From positions 1 to 53,555 of IMG/VR virus record IMGVR_UViG_3300010935_000132: a stretch of DNA of 53,555 nt, one strand, 5' to 3'. Positions 48,077-53,555 of the stretch are shown piece by piece. Positions within the stretch are counted from its first letter, which is position 1. Every line of letters starts with the position of its first letter. The translations under genes were made by a program, and so were the position numbers. The DNA comes from a virus (lineage: Duplodnaviria; Caudoviricetes). Under the pieces are notes generated by a model. That model saw nothing but the letters and a program-made list of their open reading frames with translations. It did not search any database and had not been told where the DNA came from.

Positions 48077-49384
48077 TTAGGCTTGTAAATGCGCCATTGC
48101 GTTTATATTGATAAATCTTTTAGATGCGGCAACAATACACAAAGTTTGTGATGTGATGTTGTCGTATGCTGCATTGATTACACGCTTGAAGTTTCTTGCT
48201 ACATTGTTGTCTACTAAAGAAGGTGCATTATTAGAAGCAAGGTCAATCTCTGTTACCCTTGTGACTTCATTTGAATGAACTTTACTTTTTCCTAATACTC
48301 TTGCATCAGTAGAACAGTATATATTTGGGCGAACCCTAATAAGATAATAAACATGAGCACCATCAACCAATCTTTTACCAATAGTAAAATGACCTGTTTC
48401 TGATGGTGAATTGTTATGTTTAATTTTTTCCTTGATAATTGTATCTTGGTCAGCACTAGACATTATTTCTTCGTATGAACCAATTCTACGGAAATTTGCT
48501 TTTGATAGCATATTACCAATTGTTCCACTTGAAAGACCTGTATGTTTTTGGATAGTGTAACGTGATACTTCAACCAACAAATTTGAATTGTCAGTGCTTA
48601 ATGTTAAGTTTAAATGGTCAATTAACACTAAAAGCTGATAACGCTTGAATGCTGATGTTCCTTGCTCTAGATGTTCGATTGGATGTGTACGCTTATGTGC
48701 TTTGTTTAGTTCAGCTTTAGTGGTCACCAATAGTTGCATTGTTGTTCTAATTTTATTTAGTTTAATGCGCCATGCTAGATTTGTGGTGCACTTTTTGTAG
48801 TTAGAACCAACAGCATTTTTATATGCTGTAATTGATTTATCCAACTCTTGAATATGAACCTTACTATCTTCACGGTCTGATGTTACTTTTGCATGAAGAA
48901 CTTCAATACCTAACAATCTACTATAATCAAATGCCGAATTAGCAACTTTAGATTCAACGAATGCTAAAGCACGCGATAAAATCATATCATCATTCTTTAT
49001 GTAGAATAGTTTTGTTTTTTTGTTATAATCCCAAATAGCAACATCACGTGTTTCAGCAATCCAATTAATAAGACAATCAATCTTGTCTTCATCATTATGT
49101 AGCTTTCTATTCTTAATTTTCAAATCCATACCACAAGCTTCAACAACCATTAACATCTGTTCGTGATTGATAAAATCAATGTATATATTTTCATTAGAGT
49201 CATTATGCTTAGCTACAATAGCACTAGCCATCAACTTAAGTTGATATAGGCGCGTGCATTGTTCTGATAATGGATGTTCTTTAATAATTGATAATGTATA
49301 TGGATTACTGATGTATGTTTTTGGACGCAAACTAACTGAACGAAGGATGGTTTCAAAAGATGTATAAATAGTTGTAGCTGACAA
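48077..49384 (-). CDS. hypothetical 435-aa protein, possibly origin-binding
   Basis: TTG start with AAGGAGG RBS; HTH-like VSRYTIQKHTGLSSGTIGNML; next to the repeat locus. Confidence 0.7.
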   Translation of the reverse strand: MSATTIYTSFETILRSVSLRPKTYISNPYTLSIIKEHPLSEQCTRLYQLKLMASAIVAKHNDSNENIYIDFINHEQMLMVVEACGMDLKIKNRKLHNDEDKIDCLINWIAETRDVAIWDYNKKTKLFYIKNDDMILSRALAFVESKVANSAFDYSRLLGIEVLHAKVTSDREDSKVHIQELDKSITAYKNAVGSNYKKCTTNLAWRIKLNKIRTTMQLLVTTKAELNKAHKRTHPIEHLEQGTSAFKRYQLLVLIDHLNLTLSTDNSNLLVEVSRYTIQKHTGLSSGTIGNMLSKANFRRIGSYEEIMSSADQDTIIKEKIKHNNSPSETGHFTIGKRLVDGAHVYYLIRVRPNIYCSTDARVLGKSKVHSNEVTRVTEIDLASNNAPSLVDNNVARNFKRVINAAYDNITSQTLCIVAASKRFININAMAHLQA

Positions 49385-49543
49385 ACTTTGTACCTCCTTC
49401 GGTATGTGTTAGATTGGTTGGGGCTGTCACCCGCGAACCATATTTATTTTCTATACACTTATTTATGTGTATATTTTGTGTGCATTATAGTAAAGGATTT
49501 TGCTATGTCAAGTAAATATATTTTTGGGAGATAAATACTTATT

Positions 49544-50353
49544 ATGTCTAACAACAAAATACTACAATTTCCTGCTGATATAGAGTCAAAGGCTAACTTC
49601 TCCTTCTTGTCTTTTAGTGCCTTTGTTAAGGTCGCTGAAAAAAGTGACTCAATAGCAACTGATAAAGCTAATGGTTCTATAGAAGGAACGCAATCACAAA
49701 CTGACTACTCAAATCCACATACAGCTTATTTGTACATTCCTGGAACTATGTCAGATAATACTTCATTCACATATGAAGATGAAAGTTTGGGTGCTATGGG
49801 TAATTTGGGTAACTTAAATGTTACATACGATGAATATTTATCTAAAGCCGCATCGCGGTCTTTGTCTGCCATGGGTCAGAATGCATTAGGCGCGGTTGAA
49901 GGTCTTACAGGTCTTAAAGTCAAGGGTGCATGGGAATACAATAGTAAAGCTGTATTGAATCCTCAGATGGTTGTTCTATTCAAGAATGTTGGCTTTCGTG
50001 AGCATAGCTTTACTTTTGATATGTTTCCTAAGAATGCATCAGAAGCTAGAGAAATTAAGAGTATTGTTCGTATGTTCAAGTATTATGCACACCCATATAT
50101 TAGCGGCGATTTTATGCAATACCCTGCATGGTGGCAGATTGAAGCTAAACGTGGTAAGTCTAGAACACCTATTAGAAAGTTCCATAGAGCGGTAATCACC
50201 TCATGTAATGTAGAAGAGAATCCTACAGGCGTTTGGGCTACGTTTGAAGATGGTAGCCCTATCAATACCAAGGTCACTTTGAACTTCAAAGAAATCAAGC
50301 AGACTATGCGCGATAACATTAGCCTTGATATTACTGATGTGGAGTCTTTCTAA
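49544..50353 (+). CDS. 48: baseplate tail-tube cap
   Basis: LQFP, LYIP, NPQMVVLFKNVGFREHSFTF.MFPKN..EA and LNFKE. Confidence 0.88.
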   Translation: MSNNKILQFPADIESKANFSFLSFSAFVKVAEKSDSIATDKANGSIEGTQSQTDYSNPHTAYLYIPGTMSDNTSFTYEDESLGAMGNLGNLNVTYDEYLSKAASRSLSAMGQNALGAVEGLTGLKVKGAWEYNSKAVLNPQMVVLFKNVGFREHSFTFDMFPKNASEAREIKSIVRMFKYYAHPYISGDFMQYPAWWQIEAKRGKSRTPIRKFHRAVITSCNVEENPTGVWATFEDGSPINTKVTLNFKEIKQTMRDNISLDITDVESF

Positions 50354-50868
50354 TGGCACTATATGAAAATTTCCAAACTATTAATTGGAATGGTTATGTC
50401 ATCAAAAACTTGACAGTCAAGTTAGGTATCATCAATCATCTTAAAAATATCATTTCTGTATATTCTGATTATATAGTTGAAGGTGAGGATACACCTGAAG
50501 ATTTAGGCAATAAATTTTATGGTGATTCAGAACTTCATTGGGTTATTCTATTGATGAATGATATCATTGACCCATTTTTTGATTGGGCTTTACCTAATGA
50601 TGCATTATCTGCATACGTGACAGCAAATTATGGTGTAGGTAATGAGCATAAGCCAAATCATTATGTACGAGATGGTCGTAGGGTATTTTATACTCCACCT
50701 GATATCAATAATCCTTATGTTGGTCTTCCAATAGGAACAACCTTAGTCACTAATTATGAGCATGAAGAATTTTTGAATGATGAGAAACGAAAGATTAAAA
50801 TTCTTGATAAGCAGTATATCTCATTCATAGAATCAGAACTAAAAACTGTGTTATCTTCTAATGTCTAG
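50353..50868 (+). CDS. 53: baseplate wedge subunit
   Basis: TPEDL..KFYGDSELHWVILLMNDIIDP..DW and TNYEHE...N..KR.IK. Confidence 0.92.
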   Translation: MALYENFQTINWNGYVIKNLTVKLGIINHLKNIISVYSDYIVEGEDTPEDLGNKFYGDSELHWVILLMNDIIDPFFDWALPNDALSAYVTANYGVGNEHKPNHYVRDGRRVFYTPPDINNPYVGLPIGTTLVTNYEHEEFLNDEKRKIKILDKQYISFIESELKTVLSSNV

Positions 50869-52129
50869 TTCAGGTGTACAACAAAATCAGCTTCAGATTA
50901 AGAAGCTTATGTTGACCAGTGGAAAATCTCAAGTTGATTTGACTCATATATTCACCACCATGACGATTTATGAAGACTTGTTTGCTAATTGTATGTCAGG
51001 TAATATAAGCCTGAATGATGCGCGTGCTCTTATGGAAGTGATACCTATCATGGGTGAGGAAACCCTAGAGGTTGAATATACAACATATTCTAAAGGAAAA
51101 GGAACAGAAGTTTTCTCAAAGACTTTTGATGTATATAAGTGTGGTGATTATCAACCATCTGATGATAATACCACGCACTCATATACCTTACATTTTCAAA
51201 GTCAACTGATGAGTATAAACTTGAAGAACAGATACAGGAATGCATTTGGCACTTCATCAAAAATGATTCGCTCTAGTGATATCGTCAATACAGTATGTAC
51301 TAAAATGCTTGGTATTAAAGAAGCTAACCTTGTCATTGGTGAGACATCAACATATAAGCATCTTGTGTGTGCTAATTGGACACCCTTTCAACTTATAAAT
51401 CACTTAGCTGAAACATCTGCTCCATCAGTGAACCTAAACCTGTTTGATAAGGATGTTTCATACCTATTTTTTGAAGATAGAATTGGTGTTAAATTTGTTC
51501 CTCTTAGTATGCTTATCGAGAATAAGTTACATAAGGATTCTGCATTACATGTCAAATCACTCACAATGCGTCAAGAGTCGGTTAGAAAGGATAAAGTAGG
51601 CACTATCAAGTCTGATATAAACAAAGTGCTTGAGTGGCGTTCTATTGGCTTGTTTGATAACAATACTAACACACGCCATGGTATGTATGCATCAACTACG
51701 CATTATTATGACCCAATGAAGAAATCATTGGTATCTACTACATATGATTATGATGTAGATTTTGCTAAGCAAGCACACCTTAAATCTAGCATTAATTTGA
51801 CTCGAAATAGAGATAATCTTCCAAGCGAAGCTACCTATATGTATAATGCTGAACACAATCAGAACAATCTACAAAGCATTATGAAGTCTAAGCATCAACA
51901 GATGGAAAATAATACCATAGTGGTAAGTGTAGTAGGATGTAGTGGATACCTACTTGGTCAGACTTTGACTTTTGATATACCATCAACCTTGATAAATAAG
52001 AATAAGAGACAAAATATAGCTTTCTTGTCAGGTGAGTTTTTGGTTAGTAGAATCAAATCAACTATGACACGTGAGAGTATCACTAATGACTTGGAACTTA
52101 GAAAAGGGTGTAGAGGTAAGGTATCATGA
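50861..52129 (+). CDS. baseplate hub protein (gp27-like)
   Basis: IYEDLF..CMSG.I...PIMGEE, W.PF..I..LA and YLFFED; sits between gp53 and gp5. Confidence 0.75.
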   Translation: MSSSGVQQNQLQIKKLMLTSGKSQVDLTHIFTTMTIYEDLFANCMSGNISLNDARALMEVIPIMGEETLEVEYTTYSKGKGTEVFSKTFDVYKCGDYQPSDDNTTHSYTLHFQSQLMSINLKNRYRNAFGTSSKMIRSSDIVNTVCTKMLGIKEANLVIGETSTYKHLVCANWTPFQLINHLAETSAPSVNLNLFDKDVSYLFFEDRIGVKFVPLSMLIENKLHKDSALHVKSLTMRQESVRKDKVGTIKSDINKVLEWRSIGLFDNNTNTRHGMYASTTHYYDPMKKSLVSTTYDYDVDFAKQAHLKSSINLTRNRDNLPSEATYMYNAEHNQNNLQSIMKSKHQQMENNTIVVSVVGCSGYLLGQTLTFDIPSTLINKNKRQNIAFLSGEFLVSRIKSTMTRESITNDLELRKGCRGKVS

Positions 52130-53112
52130 ATCCGTTCTTTGGTGCTGATGGTCTATTCATGTGGCAAGGTGTTGTTGAGGATAGACAAGACCCTTTAAAA
52201 GCTGGTCGTGTGCGCGTGCGTGTGATAGGTCTTCATACCGATGATACAAGCGATAGTGGACTACCTATAGACTCCTTGAAATGGGCGCAAGTCTTACAAT
52301 CAGGTGCTGCTATGAATGGTGTTGGTGAATCCTTATCAGGGTTTGTTGAAGGCACTTGGGTACTTGGTATTTCACGTGATGGTAGACTATGCCAAGATTT
52401 AGTTATCATTGGGTCATTAGCAGGTAAGCCTAATGCATCACCAAATAGCGTCAAAGGCTTTGGTGACCATAATAAGACCTATGATATCAATAAGCGACCA
52501 AAACGCCGTGGTGATGCGTCTGAGCACTATCCTAAGAAAGCCTATTTGAATGAAGCTGATGTTAATCGGTTGGCTAGAAATGAGAAAATTGATAAGACTA
52601 TCGTTGCCATAAAAAAAGCCAACCTAGATAAATGCGCACTATTCTCAGAACCTGTTACACCCTATGCTGCAGTTTATCCATACAATGTCGTAAACGAATC
52701 TGAGTCTGGTCATATTACTGAGATAGATGACACACCTAATGCAGAAAGATTGCATTCATATCATAGAATGGGTACATTCGAAGAGGTTCATCCAAATGGT
52801 ACTAAAGTTACTAAAGTCGTTAAAGATAATTATGAAATCACCTTGGGAAGTGACTATGTTCATATTCACGGCAATTGTTCTGTGGTTATTGATGGAAATT
52901 CTAACATCATAACTAATGGAAATTCTACACAGATAACTAAAGGAAATTCTACACAGATAACCAACGGTAATACTACTATTGATGCCACATCAGGAACAGA
53001 ACATAAAGGAACTATCAATGTTATCAATGGTGATGTTATTGCTGATGGTATAAGCGTAAAACATCATACTCATATTGGTAATCTTGGTGCTCCTGTATCT
53101 GAACCTAGTTAA
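52126..53112 (+). CDS. 5: baseplate central spike without a lysozyme domain
   Basis: GVVEDRQDPLKAGRVRVR OB fold, YPYN..ESESGH..E.DDTP..ER, 8-aa beta-helix repeats and C-terminal HHTH. Confidence 0.93.
   Translation: MNPFFGADGLFMWQGVVEDRQDPLKAGRVRVRVIGLHTDDTSDSGLPIDSLKWAQVLQSGAAMNGVGESLSGFVEGTWVLGISRDGRLCQDLVIIGSLAGKPNASPNSVKGFGDHNKTYDINKRPKRRGDASEHYPKKAYLNEADVNRLARNEKIDKTIVAIKKANLDKCALFSEPVTPYAAVYPYNVVNESESGHITEIDDTPNAERLHSYHRMGTFEEVHPNGTKVTKVVKDNYEITLGSDYVHIHGNCSVVIDGNSNIITNGNSTQITKGNSTQITNGNTTIDATSGTEHKGTINVINGDVIADGISVKHHTHIGNLGAPVSEPS
52894..52965 (+). repeat. 24-bp coding repeat (three beta-helix octapeptides)
   Basis: GNSNIITN-GNSTQITK-GNSTQITN. Confidence 0.85.
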
Positions 53113-53133
53113 TTTTGTATAAATAGATATGTT

Positions 53134-53523
53134 ATGATACTAAATAGAATTTTTTCAGATGTGAATCCTAATATGATTGTTCATCCTGCGACTAAGCAAT
53201 TAGTCAAGCAGTTTGATGTTAATTCCATCAATTTCTCAATTAAGAATTTGGTCATGACCAACTTCTATGATGCTCCTTTTCAGCCTAATAAAGGCTCATC
53301 TGTTAGAGCATTATTATTTGAGAATATGACAACAATTGTAGAGGATGCTATTGAACGTGCAATCAAACTATGTATTGGTTTGTATGAGCCTAGAGTGTCT
53401 GTTATCGGTGTGTTAGTTCAAGGAAACCCTGATATGAACTTATATAATATTTCGCTCACTTATAAGATTTTGAATCAAGAAGCACCTTATACTGTAGATT
53501 TAGTGCTCAATAGGATTAAATAA
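53134..53523 (+). CDS. 25: baseplate wedge subunit
   Basis: FSD, SIKNLVMTN..D.PF.P..GS and YEPRV; TATAAATA at 53118-53125. Confidence 0.93.
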   Translation: MILNRIFSDVNPNMIVHPATKQLVKQFDVNSINFSIKNLVMTNFYDAPFQPNKGSSVRALLFENMTTIVEDAIERAIKLCIGLYEPRVSVIGVLVQGNPDMNLYNISLTYKILNQEAPYTVDLVLNRIK

Positions 53524-53525
53524 TT

Positions 53526-53555
53526 ATGCCAACTCTAGACATTTCAGAAGTAGAC
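53526..53555 (+). CDS. probable start of baseplate wedge gp6 (partial)
   Basis: MPTLDISEVD directly after gp25; synteny only. Confidence 0.55.
   Translation, partial: MPTLDISEVD

Noticed and set aside
436-52912. Numerous antisense or nested ORFs in the ORF track (e.g. 436..825, 1235..1672, 9533..9871, 14468..14974, 25246..25599, 39780..40103)
   Set aside because: They are shadows of well-supported genes and have no RBS or recognisable motifs.

Overview
A 53.5-kb AT-rich segment of a T4-like (Tevenvirinae-type) myovirus genome, probably from an environmental proteobacterial host. Most of it (about 1-49,400) is a minus-strand replication, recombination and nucleotide-metabolism region: rnh, gp52 and gp39+60 topoisomerase, RuvC, nrdA/nrdB, gp61, uvsY, gp41, uvsX, dda, GroES, RdgC, gp30, gp43, dNMP kinase, frd, dUTPase, regA, gp62/44/45, gp55, uvsW and gp3. 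Small early genes sharing a conserved promoter/leader motif are interleaved. The window then switches to plus-strand baseplate genes (gp48, gp53, gp27-like, gp5, gp25, start of gp6). Main observations: (1) a translationally coupled pair of a C5-cytosine methyltransferase and a CmoA-like (carboxy-SAM synthase) gene, in which the methyltransferase has Arg instead of the conserved motif-X Asn, predicting 5-carboxymethylcytosine DNA; (2) nrdA fractured at the catalytic cysteine by a naturally split intein whose halves flank a MobE-like HNH endonuclease; (3) rnh cut by an antisense homing-endonuclease-like gene and apparently starting at an ATC codon; (4) an origin-like locus (14-bp iterons plus symmetric GCGAAGC hairpins) beside an unknown 435-aa protein; (5) a structured intergenic RNA locus with a 5-codon mini-ORF; (6) apparently leaderless late transcripts. 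All assignments are from motif recognition by eye; no database searches were run.
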